Shown here: piece after piece, positions 30,202-41,518 of the stretch
Position numbering within the stretch: the first letter of the stretch is position 1
How the letters are laid out: each line of letters starts with the position of its first letter
From: Spirochaetota bacterium
Lineage (GTDB): Bacteria; Spirochaetota; UBA12135; COTS27; CBDBHE01
Direction of reading: 5' to 3'
NCBI GenBank assembly: GCA_965205605.1
Contig: CBDBHE010000008.1
Location: 117,179-181,178, forward strand
Length of the DNA stretch: 64,000 nucleotides
Notes under the pieces: generated by a model
What the model was told of the DNA's origin: nothing
The model's input: the letters and a program-made list of their open reading frames with translations, nothing else
Database searches by the model: none
Program-made: the position numbers and the translations under genes

Positions 30202-31179
30202 TTAATTGTCAGAAGGTAGTTTTTTAAACTCACCCATTTTAGCATATTTTTCAATTCGTTCTAAAGTTAGCTGATCGGGTGTTTTAGAAATTAGTGCATT
30301 AAAAGATTTAGTCAAACTATTTTTTATATTAGAAGCTGCCAGGGTCCAATTTCGATGAGCTCCCCCTAAAGGCTCTTTAACAATTTCATCAATGATTTTA
30401 AATTTTAAAGCCGTGTTTGAGTCATTTTTAAGAGCATTGGCTGCTTTTATTTTTTTCTCAGGATTCCTCCATAAAATTGAAGCACACGATTCAGGAGAAA
30501 TCACAGAATAAATGGCATACTCCAACATTAAAACAGTATTGGCAATTCCTACCCCTAAAGCACCCCCACTACCTCCTTCCCCTATCACAATAGAAATAAT
30601 AGGGACTTTAAGACCACTCATCACTTTTAAATTACGAGCAATGGCTTCTCCTTGACTACGTTCTTCTCCTGCAAGTCCTGGAAAAGCTCCTGGAGTATCA
30701 ATAAAAGTAATGATCGGTTTATTAAATTTACTAGCAAAATTAAAAAAACGAAGGGCTTTTCGATACCCTTCTGGTTGAGGCATCCCAAAATTTCTTTTTA
30801 AATTTTCTTCTGTTGTACGCCCTTTTTGTTGAGCAACCAAAACCACCGATTGACCTTCAAGTTGGGCAATACCACAAACAGTTGATTGATCATCTTTGAA
30901 ATTACGATCTCCATGCATTTCAATGAAATTTTCAAAAATAAGGTCAATATAGTCCAAAGCATACGGACGATTAGGGTGTCTTGCTATTTGAGTGAGAGCC
31001 CAATTGTTTAAATTAACATACGTTTTTTTAGTAGCGTTTAAAATCTCTTCTTTAACATCACTAATAGCTTTATTATTACTATCAAGTTTTTGCAGATTTT
31101 TAAGCTTCTCATACAAAAATCCCAAAGGTTTTGCTTCAAAATCTAAAAGAGTAATTGAAGGATTATAGTCGTATTCCAT
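30202..31179 (-). CDS. accA: Acetyl-CoA carboxylase carboxyltransferase alpha
   Basis: ARHPNRP, HGDR, PEGYRKA, DTPGAFPG, GEGGSGGA. Confidence 0.97.
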   Translation of the reverse strand: MEYDYNPSITLLDFEAKPLGFLYEKLKNLQKLDSNNKAISDVKEEILNATKKTYVNLNNWALTQIARHPNRPYALDYIDLIFENFIEMHGDRNFKDDQSTVCGIAQLEGQSVVLVAQQKGRTTEENLKRNFGMPQPEGYRKALRFFNFASKFNKPIITFIDTPGAFPGLAGEERSQGEAIARNLKVMSGLKVPIISIVIGEGGSGGALGVGIANTVLMLEYAIYSVISPESCASILWRNPEKKIKAANALKNDSNTALKFKIIDEIVKEPLGGAHRNWTLAASNIKNSLTKSFNALISKTPDQLTLERIEKYAKMGEFKKLPSDN

Positions 31180-31323
31180 AAACTAAATAAACTGATTATA
31201 AAATCGATTGTACCATTAATTGATTTCATTTCTAATAAAAATAATAATTTTTAACATTTTTCTTAAAAATTAAGTCTTTTGAGGTCGAAAATATAAAATA
31301 ACTCACCTTATAATTTCTAACTT

Positions 31324-32403
31324 ATGAAACATTCCAATTATAATCAATTTAAAAAATTAATTTTAATGATCACCAAAGGACTCTTGATCTCTTTCATTAC
31401 CTTTAGTATTTATTTATTTATTAGTTACAAAAAAAATCCCACCCGTATTCAAGGAAATTATTACTCTAAAATTATGACTCGTTTTATTGATCAATTTAAT
31501 GATAACAACCACATTACTTTTGTTAAAAATTGGTTTCACGTAAATCCTTCGCATATTAAAGTAAATCAAGAAGAAAAAATAATTCAATATAAACTCAGAA
31601 TTCTCTGTAAAGGACTCAATAATTATTTTGCTAATTTTACAAAAAATACAGAAAATATTCTTAATAATAGCGAGATAACTGATTTCTTAATTCAAAATTC
31701 TTATTCTAAAAAAAAAGATAAAATTAATTCTTTATTAAAAACCTATTTAATCAATAATAAAGATTTATTAGAAATTTCCTTATTTAAAACTGATGGAAAA
31801 AAATTATCAACGGTTAAATATCATAATATTCAAGAATATATTTTACACCCTAATATTTTAAAAACACTTGAAAACAAAGATAATCTTCTTATTAAAAGCA
31901 AGTCTAAAAAGCATTTAATCGTTATTTCTAAAGTCAAAAAAAACAATCAAACTACCATTTTGATTTCACAAACATTGGATAATTCGTTTTTTACTAAAAT
32001 CTTAGATTATTTAGAAATTAACCAAGACCTTTTTTATTTAAAAAATACCAATAACGAAATGATTATTGATAATTATGAAGCTTATGAATTTATTCGTAAT
32101 AAGCAATATAGCATTCCCTTTCTTTTATATCAAAAACTTACTTCTGTTTCAAATCAATCTATAAAGCTTAAAATTAAAAACACAGAATATACTTTAGGAG
32201 CTATTATTGAAAAAAATAATTCTTTAGGTAATTTACTGGCTATTTTAAGTTTGTTTTTCTTTTTTTATTTAGCCATGTTGCTTTTCAATTTCACTAGTTA
32301 TCAAATCAGTACAATGATTAACGAATCTAAAAAACAAAAATTTTATCAAAAAAAAAAAGAAAAAAGAGAAGATATTGAATTTGATTTTTCTAAATCTCTT
32401 TAA
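31324..32403 (+). CDS. Hypothetical 2-TM protein with Cache-like periplasmic region
   Basis: Two TM segments flanking a large soluble domain (LEISLFKTDGK); short cytoplasmic tail. Confidence 0.55.
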   Translation: MKHSNYNQFKKLILMITKGLLISFITFSIYLFISYKKNPTRIQGNYYSKIMTRFIDQFNDNNHITFVKNWFHVNPSHIKVNQEEKIIQYKLRILCKGLNNYFANFTKNTENILNNSEITDFLIQNSYSKKKDKINSLLKTYLINNKDLLEISLFKTDGKKLSTVKYHNIQEYILHPNILKTLENKDNLLIKSKSKKHLIVISKVKKNNQTTILISQTLDNSFFTKILDYLEINQDLFYLKNTNNEMIIDNYEAYEFIRNKQYSIPFLLYQKLTSVSNQSIKLKIKNTEYTLGAIIEKNNSLGNLLAILSLFFFFYLAMLLFNFTSYQISTMINESKKQKFYQKKKEKREDIEFDFSKSL

Positions 32404-32450
32404 AAATTTTTTTGGAAATTATTTAAATCAAAAAAAAAGAACCTCATTTT

Positions 32451-34291
32451 ATGATCGATTTTTCTAAATTACCTGAAACCATAAAAAGTAGATTGGTTTT
32501 ATATACCTTAATTTGCTCTATTATTGTTTTCTTTTTTTCCAATTTAATGATTTTCTTCGGTAAAAATCATTTCTTTTCCATGCGAAACAATATTTATAAA
32601 ACTCATATAAATAATATAACCCAAGAATATGATAAAAAATTAAAAGCAATTGAAAATACTTGCAAAAAATGGACAGAAAGTACTTTTGTTAATGAAATTT
32701 TTAATAGTTTTTCAAAAGAAATGATTGTTCTTAACAGAAAAAAAATCAAAAACATTACTCCCCCTACTGCAAATATTAAAAGTATCTATTTTTTAAATAA
32801 TTCAGAGGAAGAAATTTATAAATGGTCCAAAAAAAAAATAACTTAAATATTTTCTATAAAAATGGATTTTATTTACACCCTCATTCAGAATCTTTATTTT
32901 TTGGTTTTTTTAATCAAGATAAAAATAGAAAAAATGGATTTGTTGTTTTCGAAATTTCTATTGAAAACATTTTTGCTATCATTTTAGAAAAATTTCCAAA
33001 AGCATTTGATGTTAACTCTTTTTTAAAAATTAATCAACATACTTTGTTTTTAACAGATCAAAAAAAAAATCTATCCCCCAGAATTACTGAAAAAATTAAA
33101 TATCATTTAAAAGGAAAAAATTATTTTAATAATCCTCATACTTTTTTCCCTGAACTAAAATTATCAGCTCATAAATTAAATGCTCTTCCAGAAGAATTCT
33201 CTATCATTTATTACCATACAGATAATAGCTTTAATATCCCTACAATCAGTATTTTTTGGCTATTATTTCTTACTATTAACACAATAATTTTATTTTATGT
33301 CAATTACTTTTATCAACGAAAAGAACATAAAAAAGCAATTTTTCTTAGTAAAAAACTAAAAAATAAAAAAAATATTCCTTTTATAGAAAATAACCATTCT
33401 ATAGAAAAACCAAATAACAATCGAAAAGAAATCATCAATCCTCTCAAAAATTTTAACCCTGAAGCTGTTCTAACTTCTGAAAAGACAAATGGAAAAATTT
33501 CTCACCAACATTTAAACTCTATTAAAACAATTAACAACACTACAAGCCATAACAAAGAAAATTCAATTTATGACTTTGATTTATCAAAAATCATGAATGG
33601 AGCTAAAAAACACAAACAAGAAAGCATGAAAATTAGTAGTAATGGACACCTTCCTAAAGCAGAAAACCATATTCAAAAAATGATTAAAACTAAAGAAAAT
33701 GAAAAAAACACATTAGATAATTCTCATCCCAAAGCCCTAAATAATAACAAAAAAAAACATAACGATGAAAATCATCAACAATTTAATGCTCACTCAAATA
33801 GTCAACTAGCTAATCAAAATGAAAAAACCATTAATAACAAAACGATCAAACTAATTGATAATTTAGAAAATCAAAAAATAGATACTATAAACTTTTTAGA
33901 TTTAAACTATATCTGTAAATCTGTTTTAAAAAATAAAGACTTTTTTTCAAAAAAAAAAGATAACATCGGTTATCTTAAATCACTCCTTAAAGATCAAAAA
34001 ATTAATATGGCAATACTTTTTGAAAAACAACACGATAATAGCTATCGACCTTTTCAAATGTTTAATACAACCAAAAAAGAAAAAATTAAAAATTTTACTC
34101 TAAAACCAACAAATAAAATTATTAGTGAATACTTAGTAAAAAGAAAACCGATTATTATTAGCGATCAAGGCAATTTTTCTTTTTTCTTAAAACAATATTT
34201 TCTTACTAATCAAAAATCTGAGTTTAAAAAAATCATTTTTATTCCAATTGATCAAAAAAACGAACTCCCTTTTATTCTTTCTATTGCGTAA
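32451..34291 (+). CDS. Hypothetical 2-TM protein with Asn/His-rich linker and GAF-like tail; frameshift at an A10 run
   Basis: ORFs 32451-32846 and 32822-34291 join if A10 at 32829-32838 were A11. Confidence 0.55.
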
Positions 34292-34328
34292 AGCAATCTC
34301 CATAGTTTAAAATAAACCATAAACAGTT

Positions 34329-36161
34329 ATGGTTAAAAAATTCACTTCTCTTCTTAAAATCAATCCTACAGAAAAGGTTTATTTTTTTTCTATTTTAATT
34401 GGATGTTCAACAGCGGTTGTTGCGATCATTTTAACACTGATTTTAGCTCAACTTGAAAATTTGTTTATTAATAATATCATTGGTATTCATTTAAACTATG
34501 CTGATAATGAATACCATAAAAGTTACCCAATTCATTTTATTGCTCCTAGTTCATACTTTCTGTTATTGGTGCCGTCTATTGGTTTTTTTATTTCCAATTT
34601 AATTTCTCACCAATGGGCAAAAGAGACTAAAGGAAGTGGTACTGAAGCAATTATCGAATCGTTTCATCAAAATGAAGGGCATATACGAAAAAGAGTTTCA
34701 TTTTTAAAAACGATTACTACTCTTTTGACTTTAGGCACCGGTGGCAATGCCGGTAAAGAAGGCCCCATGACACAAATAGGAGCTGGAATTGGTACTTTAT
34801 TTTCAAAAATGAGTAAAATGGGCACAAGGGCAAGAAGGACTTTTTTATTAACAGGAGCTGCTGGAGGATTAGGGGCTATTTTTAAAGCTCCTTTGGGAGG
34901 AGCTTTAACAGCAATTGAAGTTTTATATAAAGAAGATTTAGAAACAGATTCCTTAGTTCCTTGTATTATTTCTTCTACAACCGCTTACATCGTTTATGCT
35001 CAATTTTTTGGTTATGATAGACTCTTTTCAATACCGTATTATTCTCTTGGAGGATTTAAGGACGTTTATGAAGTTTTTTTATATGTTTTTTTAGGTTTTA
35101 TTTGTGTTATTTTTGGAGCCCTTTATGTAAAAAGTTTTAACTTTATTAAAGATGTTTTTTTTGACAAACTTCCTATCCCTACTCTAGCAAAACCTCTTAT
35201 AGGGGGATTACTTTTAGGGAGCATTGGATTGATGTATCATGAATCTATTGGGAATGGATTTGGGACTATACAACGAATTTTTTCTGGAGAATATGAAAGT
35301 TCTTTTTTAGAATTTAACGCAAAAGATTACTTTAAAACGATCAAGATTTTTTGTTTATTAATTGTCTTAAGAAGTTTGACAATGAGCTTAACCATTGGCT
35401 CAGGAGGATCGGGAGGTATTTTTGTGCCTTCTCTAGTCATAGGAGGGCTTTTAGGGGGAACTTTAGGTTGTTTTTATAAAATTCTTTTTCCTAATCTTGT
35501 CAATTCTATTACCCCTTATGCCATTGTAGGAATGGGAGCTTTTTTTGCTGGAGTAGCCAATGCCCCTATAGCTTCTATGGTGATGGTCTGTGAAATCACA
35601 GGAGCCTATCAATTGTTACCTCCTTTGATGCTAGTTTCAATAATAGCCATTATTTTTTCTAAAAAATACTCTATTTATAAAAATCAACTCATCAATCGAT
35701 TTTCATCTCCAGCTCATCTTTGGGACATGAAAATAGATCTTTTAAAAAATGTAACTATCAAAGATTTTTTAAAAAACAATATGATTGAAAAAGTATCTTT
35801 TCTAAGTATTGTTAAAGCAAATACTTCTATTAAACAAATGGAAAAAAATACTAAAAAAACTCATTCTTATCACTTTATTGTTGTCAATGATAATAATAAA
35901 TATTTAGGGGGCGCTTTTATTGGAGCCAACAACAAAATTTTAAACAAAAACTCTATTGCTGATGATATTTTAAACAAAAATAAAAGATCTGTCGATATAA
36001 AAGACGATCTATCTATGGCCATTGCTAATATGCTTTATGATAATGTAGATCGTATTGCTGTCATTGAAAATAATCAAGTGATTTCTTTACTTGAATACAA
36101 AAGCATTATGAAGTTTTATCAAAAAAAAATGAAAAAAGATTCCAAAATAAAATCCAATTAA
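34329..36161 (+). CDS. CLC chloride channel/antiporter with CBS domains
   Basis: GSGTE, GKEGP, FKAPLGG, GGIFVP; C-terminal CBS pair. Confidence 0.92.
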   Translation: MVKKFTSLLKINPTEKVYFFSILIGCSTAVVAIILTLILAQLENLFINNIIGIHLNYADNEYHKSYPIHFIAPSSYFLLLVPSIGFFISNLISHQWAKETKGSGTEAIIESFHQNEGHIRKRVSFLKTITTLLTLGTGGNAGKEGPMTQIGAGIGTLFSKMSKMGTRARRTFLLTGAAGGLGAIFKAPLGGALTAIEVLYKEDLETDSLVPCIISSTTAYIVYAQFFGYDRLFSIPYYSLGGFKDVYEVFLYVFLGFICVIFGALYVKSFNFIKDVFFDKLPIPTLAKPLIGGLLLGSIGLMYHESIGNGFGTIQRIFSGEYESSFLEFNAKDYFKTIKIFCLLIVLRSLTMSLTIGSGGSGGIFVPSLVIGGLLGGTLGCFYKILFPNLVNSITPYAIVGMGAFFAGVANAPIASMVMVCEITGAYQLLPPLMLVSIIAIIFSKKYSIYKNQLINRFSSPAHLWDMKIDLLKNVTIKDFLKNNMIEKVSFLSIVKANTSIKQMEKNTKKTHSYHFIVVNDNNKYLGGAFIGANNKILNKNSIADDILNKNKRSVDIKDDLSMAIANMLYDNVDRIAVIENNQVISLLEYKSIMKFYQKKMKKDSKIKSN

Positions 36162-36185
36162 TTTTTTAAATAATTCTAAAATTTA

Positions 36186-37997
36186 ATGCCTTCACTCAAA
36201 TTAATCATTAAAGAATCTTTTAAAAAAAAACTTTTAAACAAAGATCAAAAAAAAATGATTCTAAAGTTAATTAAAAAAGGGCAAAAACACCTTTTTGAAA
36301 ATTGGAATAATATCTATCAAACAACTGCTTACAAAAAAAAAATCATTGAACCATTAGAGCATTTTCATCAAAATTATCAAAAAGGACTTTTTGGCTATCT
36401 TAAAAAAGTAAAAAAACTTTTCCTAAAACAAAATCAAAACACACACTTTTATCCTAAAAAAAAACTTACGGTTCCTGAAGTGATTCAGTTATTAAAGTGG
36501 GACAATCATTACCAATATTACGAAAATAAAGGTAAACAACTTACCAATGAAGTCGCTTTTGTGCTCGTTGCAGGTGGGCTTGGAGAACGACTTGGTTACA
36601 AAGGAGCTAAGGTAGAAATGCCCTTTAATACATATCTAAACAAATCTTTTTTAGAACATTATTGTCAGATGATTTTAACTTTTGAAAACCTTAGTAAAAA
36701 AACTCAAAGCTCAAAAAAAACTTTCACTCCTTTAATCATCATGACTTCTATTTATACACATCAAAAAATTAGTTTGCTTTTAGAAAAAAATTGTTATTAT
36801 GGTCTAAAAAAAAATCAAATATGGTTAATCCAACAAACACTTATACCTGCTATTGCTAATTTAAAAGGAGAAATCGCTTTAAAAAACAAGCACGAAATTC
36901 TTATGAAACCTTATGGACATGGGAACGTGCATATTCTTATTCATCAAAAAAGATACACTGAAAAGCTTCTTAAAATGGGAAAAAAATATTTGTTCTTTAT
37001 GCAAGACACCAATGCTCAAGTCTGTAATATCGTCCTCCCTTCTCTTGGCGTTGCAAGTGATCAAAAACTCGATTTCTTATATGTGGGTGTGAAAAAAAAA
37101 ATAGGAGAAAAAATGGGTTCTTTAGTAAAATCAAATCAAAAATCCATTATCAATATCGAATATAATTTTTTAGAAAACTTTCTAAGTAAAAATCCAATTC
37201 TTCTTAAAAAAAAACACCAACTTTTAGGTAATACCAATACTTTTATTATTTGTTTAAATACTTATAAAAAAATATTAAACAAATCTAAAGGACTCACTCA
37301 AGAGTTTATAAATCCTAAATATAAAAATCAAAAAAAAGATTCCTTTGAAAAACCAACCCGCATTGAAACCATGATGCAAAATATCGTCTTTCTTTTGCCT
37401 AAAAAAGCAAATTCTAAAATTGTACAATATAAAAGAAAATGGGCTTTCTCCCCTGTAAAAAATAATTTTCAAAAAGCAATCGAAAATATGAAAAACTCAA
37501 AACCTCTTGACAACCTCCTTTCAGCAGAATGGGACTCTTATGAAATAAATGCAACTTTCCTAAAAAAAATAGGTGCTGCAATCCAAGCTAAAAACAAAAC
37601 AAAAGTGATCACTAGTTTTAAATTGAAAAACATTCCTCTGGTTTATTTTTCTCCTTTATTTTTTAAATCAACAAAAAATATAAAACAAAGAATTAAAAAC
37701 CTTACTTTAAAAGAGGAAAGCTCTCTTATAATCGATGGAAATGATATATCAATCAATACCCTTACTATTGATCGTAAGTCGAGTCTTATTATTAAATTAG
37801 CAAAAGGAGTTTCTTTAAAAATACTTAACCAAACAATTAGTAATCAAGGAGCAAAAATCGTTTCTACTAAAACACTTAATAAAGAAACCATTCAAACTCA
37901 TACTCTACTTAATAAAGGTGCTCTAGTCATTCATATACAAAAAAAAGGAAATTACCAACTTAATAATGGTAAAGTCGTCTCATTAAACATAATTTAA
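36186..37997 (+). CDS. UDP-sugar pyrophosphorylase (USP type)
   Basis: FVLVAGGLGERLGY, KPYGHGNVH, QDTNA, NIEYN, GNTN, EFINPKY, PTRIETMMQ, FSPVKN. Confidence 0.85.
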   Translation: MPSLKLIIKESFKKKLLNKDQKKMILKLIKKGQKHLFENWNNIYQTTAYKKKIIEPLEHFHQNYQKGLFGYLKKVKKLFLKQNQNTHFYPKKKLTVPEVIQLLKWDNHYQYYENKGKQLTNEVAFVLVAGGLGERLGYKGAKVEMPFNTYLNKSFLEHYCQMILTFENLSKKTQSSKKTFTPLIIMTSIYTHQKISLLLEKNCYYGLKKNQIWLIQQTLIPAIANLKGEIALKNKHEILMKPYGHGNVHILIHQKRYTEKLLKMGKKYLFFMQDTNAQVCNIVLPSLGVASDQKLDFLYVGVKKKIGEKMGSLVKSNQKSIINIEYNFLENFLSKNPILLKKKHQLLGNTNTFIICLNTYKKILNKSKGLTQEFINPKYKNQKKDSFEKPTRIETMMQNIVFLLPKKANSKIVQYKRKWAFSPVKNNFQKAIENMKNSKPLDNLLSAEWDSYEINATFLKKIGAAIQAKNKTKVITSFKLKNIPLVYFSPLFFKSTKNIKQRIKNLTLKEESSLIIDGNDISINTLTIDRKSSLIIKLAKGVSLKILNQTISNQGAKIVSTKTLNKETIQTHTLLNKGALVIHIQKKGNYQLNNGKVVSLNII

Positions 37998-39532
37998 TGA
38001 TTTGTTTTTTTAAGCTTAATTTTTTTTAAAAAAAAATTAGTAAGTATTTCAACCTCTTTTATCTTTAAAATCTTCCCCAAAGATAAAAAACAAATTAAAA
38101 AAAATAAATTCGTAACAAATATTTTTAAATAAAGTTCTTGAAAAAATGTTTTGACAAAAAAAGATAAAAAGTAGCTCACTAAAACTAATACTAACATCTT
38201 TAGTAAAAACTGCATCTTAATGAAACTTAGTTCTTTTCTTTCTCTAATAAAAAAAAGATATAAAAAAATAAACAAAATACTATTTGAAATAGCAAACGCA
38301 AGGGGAATACTTAAATAAGAAAAAAAACTAACTAAAAAATAAGAAAGACTTATATAAAAAATAAAATAAAATAAAACTAAAAAACTTAAAGAGGTGATTT
38401 TCTTAGTAGTCATGTGAAGTTTTTTTAAAAATTCATTAATATTTTGAAAAAAAACAGCAACCCCCAAAATAATAATCACAAAAGAAATCTTAATAATATC
38501 ACTCTCTTTCATTTCTCCATAAAAAAATAACACTGAAGCCAACTCTTTATTTAAAAGCAAAATAGGAATCATTAGAAAAAAAGACACAAGAACAATCAAG
38601 TTAAACCCTAAAGTACAAAGCTCTTTCATTTCTAGATGATTTTTTTTAAGTGCTTTTAAAGAAAGATCTGGATATAAAGAAACAACCATCCCAGAGCCAA
38701 TAACAACGATTAATCTATTCATCAGTTTTTGAGCAACATCAACAATAAAAATAGCTCCTTGAAAATTAAATCCTGTAATAATCTTTTCTAAAATGGGAAT
38801 AAGGCATGTGAAAAAATCAACAGAAATCCAAATCATTATTTTACTTAAATACCGAAAACTATATCGATAAGCTTTAAAGTCAATCTTATTAAAAAATCGA
38901 TATTTAATACTAAAGTAAAAATTAAAAAAAATAAAATTAAAAAACGAACCTAAAACATACCCTATTGTTAAACTACGGAGTCCCCACTCTTCTTTTAAAA
39001 AGAAAAGGAAACTAAAAGAAAAAAAGTTTTGTGTCACTCCCACAAAAGAAGACATTGCTATTTTTTTATTACTTGCAAGAATAGAAGAAAAAAGAACATT
39101 GATTCCCGAAAGACCAAAAAAGAAAAGTAAATCAATGTATAAAGTTTCCATATGAAGTAATAACGCTTCATCCTTACCATACCCCAGTGCAATGATACTA
39201 ATAATATTTTTTCTCCAAACATATAAAGCAACAATAACAACCAATAAAAAAAAAGATAAAAATAAAAAAAGATAAAAAATAAATCCCCATAAAGTTTTAA
39301 CCGATTTATTTTTTTTGATTTCAACAAAATAAGGAGTGAAATTAGCAAAAAAAGCCCCTTTAATAAAAGCTTGCAGTGTAATAAAAAATCCTAAAACAAT
39401 AATATAAGCATCCGCTTGCTTTCCTGCTCCAAAAATCGTAGCAATTAAAATATTGGTGGCAAGTGTAAAAACAGCAGCCGATAAAATAATAACAGTGTAA
39501 AAAAAAGAATTTTTGGCAACTTCTTTATACAT
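37994..39532 (-). CDS. MurJ/MviN-like MOP flippase
   Basis: FGAGKQADAY, FTPYF, about 14 TM segments. Confidence 0.8.
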   Translation of the reverse strand: MYKEVAKNSFFYTVIILSAAVFTLATNILIATIFGAGKQADAYIIVLGFFITLQAFIKGAFFANFTPYFVEIKKNKSVKTLWGFIFYLFLFLSFFLLVVIVALYVWRKNIISIIALGYGKDEALLLHMETLYIDLLFFFGLSGINVLFSSILASNKKIAMSSFVGVTQNFFSFSFLFFLKEEWGLRSLTIGYVLGSFFNFIFFNFYFSIKYRFFNKIDFKAYRYSFRYLSKIMIWISVDFFTCLIPILEKIITGFNFQGAIFIVDVAQKLMNRLIVVIGSGMVVSLYPDLSLKALKKNHLEMKELCTLGFNLIVLVSFFLMIPILLLNKELASVLFFYGEMKESDIIKISFVIIILGVAVFFQNINEFLKKLHMTTKKITSLSFLVLFYFIFYISLSYFLVSFFSYLSIPLAFAISNSILFIFLYLFFIRERKELSFIKMQFLLKMLVLVLVSYFLSFFVKTFFQELYLKIFVTNLFFLICFLSLGKILKIKEVEILTNFFLKKIKLKKTNH

Positions 39533-40566
39533 TAATGAAAATAATATTCATACGCTTTTTTCCAGCGAATTATTCCAACTTTTGAATTATAAAAAGCTTC
39601 AGCCGATCTAAAAGATTGACTTAATTTCTTGGTTTCTTTTTTCTCAAAAAGAAACGATATTTGATTGATTTTAGATTGAGTAAAGTCGGGTTTACTAATA
39701 TTAATGACAAGCCTAGGTTCAATCTTTTTAATGAAATTTTTATTACCTGTTTTATGGCTTACAATAGGAATCAGTCCAGCACTCATCCCTTCCATAATAG
39801 AAACAGCATTGGGTTCATAACGGGCAAGATGTAATTGAAAACAAGCATTTTCAATATAGTCTTCTATTTTTCTTGTAAAAGCAATGAATCTTATCCCATT
39901 ATCGTAAGCTTCCTTCTCATTAATTTTCATATTTTTAAAAAGATATTTTTTAACACCAATAATAAAATATTCACTCTCTTTTGGAATCATCTTTTGTTTT
40001 TTTAACTCTAAAAAAAAAGACAAATTATGATCCAAGCCTTTTAAAAAAGAATTAGAACTAATTGTAATAAAATTATCATTAGGCTTTCTCTTAAGGTTAA
40101 AAAGTGCTTTAGCATTTCTAAGCATAAACCCTTCTGATAATTGAATATCCATTCCTTTGAAAAACTTCAAGTAGTCTTCTTGAACCATTTTTGAAACAGC
40201 TATCAAACCATCTGTGTATCGGTTTAAATTAATGATTTTTTTAAAACAAAATTCCCAAAGTTTTGAAGACTCCATCCAATAAGGAACATTGTCATTGCCT
40301 TTAATAATTAATTTGTTGTTTTTTGTTTTAACCAAAGGAGCAATTGCTGCTGCTGCTGAACCTTCAAAAAAATATTCTTCAAAGCCTTTAAAAAAAAATC
40401 CTTGTGCAAAAAATCCTGTTAATTTTCCAATCGGCCCCAAAAAATTAATTTTATTTAATTTTTTAATTTTGCCAATATCAAAAATTTCACATAAAATTTT
40501 ATAAGAATCATGAGGACCATTAAGGTAAACAAAAAGTTTATGGTTATTTTTTTTAAATAAGCTCAT
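39532..40566 (-). CDS. Glycosyltransferase family 4-like
   Basis: IAVSK, KGLD, ARYEPNAVSIMEGMSAG (ExxxxxxxE). Confidence 0.8.
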   Translation of the reverse strand: MSLFKKNNHKLFVYLNGPHDSYKILCEIFDIGKIKKLNKINFLGPIGKLTGFFAQGFFFKGFEEYFFEGSAAAAIAPLVKTKNNKLIIKGNDNVPYWMESSKLWEFCFKKIINLNRYTDGLIAVSKMVQEDYLKFFKGMDIQLSEGFMLRNAKALFNLKRKPNDNFITISSNSFLKGLDHNLSFFLELKKQKMIPKESEYFIIGVKKYLFKNMKINEKEAYDNGIRFIAFTRKIEDYIENACFQLHLARYEPNAVSIMEGMSAGLIPIVSHKTGNKNFIKKIEPRLVINISKPDFTQSKINQISFLFEKKETKKLSQSFRSAEAFYNSKVGIIRWKKAYEYYFH

Positions 40567-40620
40567 CTTTTATTTTTAAATAAAGTTAATTAATAACGAA
40601 AGGGGTTTAAATTTTAAATT

Positions 40621-41490
40621 ATGATGTTATGGAATTGTCATTTCTTAAAAATGAATTCCGGAATTGATAAATATTTTAAAATTACTTATTTTATTATAGG
40701 CATTTTCATCTACTTTTTTATTTTTCAACTAATTTTCAACTCAAAAAAAATTTAGAAGATATCAATCTATTAATAAAAAAAAGAAAATATTTTTTTCTTG
40801 TTGTTACGGTTTACACTAATTATTTTAAGACTACCTATTGTTTTTTTAAAATAAAATCTTTTATTTCTTTTAATTTAGTTTATAAAATTACCATTATTTA
40901 TTCGCTAATTCAAGCATCTATTATAATTTTAGATTTTTTTCTTAGCAACCTTAATTGGAGTGATCCATTTCACATTGGTCACACTATCAAAGATTCCGGC
41001 TCAAAAATAAACCACCCATGCTTTCAAACAAGAGCCTAATTATTAGGTCGATTATACTTTACTGCAACTTTGTTTTATTAGGTTTTTTTTAATTATACCT
41101 TTACAAAAACAACGATTGAAAAAAATGGATCTTTTAATGATAAATTTAAAGAACAACCTTGGATTGAAGTCGATTCTGGATCAAAAAAAAGCTTATTATC
41201 TTAAAAATTTTTGTATTAAATTTAAATTTCAAGAAAAAAAAATACTAAAAAAAGCTGATATCAATAAACTTCTTTCACTTAATCTATACTCGGAGCTCAG
41301 AGGTTTTAAGTGAATGTGGTCTATTAGAAACACTGTTTTTTATTTTTGGAATTCTTTTTATTTTTAAGAATTTTAAAATAATAGAAAAAATTCAGCTAAT
41401 TGGGGACTTTAGGAATCATTTGCCTTACTTGTGAAAGTTTTCTTAGTATCTATTTGGGTTTAGTCTTTATTTTATAGTAAAGCAAATTTA
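40621..41490 (+). pseudogene. Decayed O-antigen ligase/polymerase (WaaL/Wzy-like)
   Basis: Fragments in shifting frames: hydrophobic N-terminus, AFKQEPNY*, SLNLY...EVLSECGLLETLFF; many stops; adjacent to GT4 and flippase. Confidence 0.55.
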
Positions 41491-41518
41491 AGGAAAAATA
41501 AAAATTAGAATTTGATTT

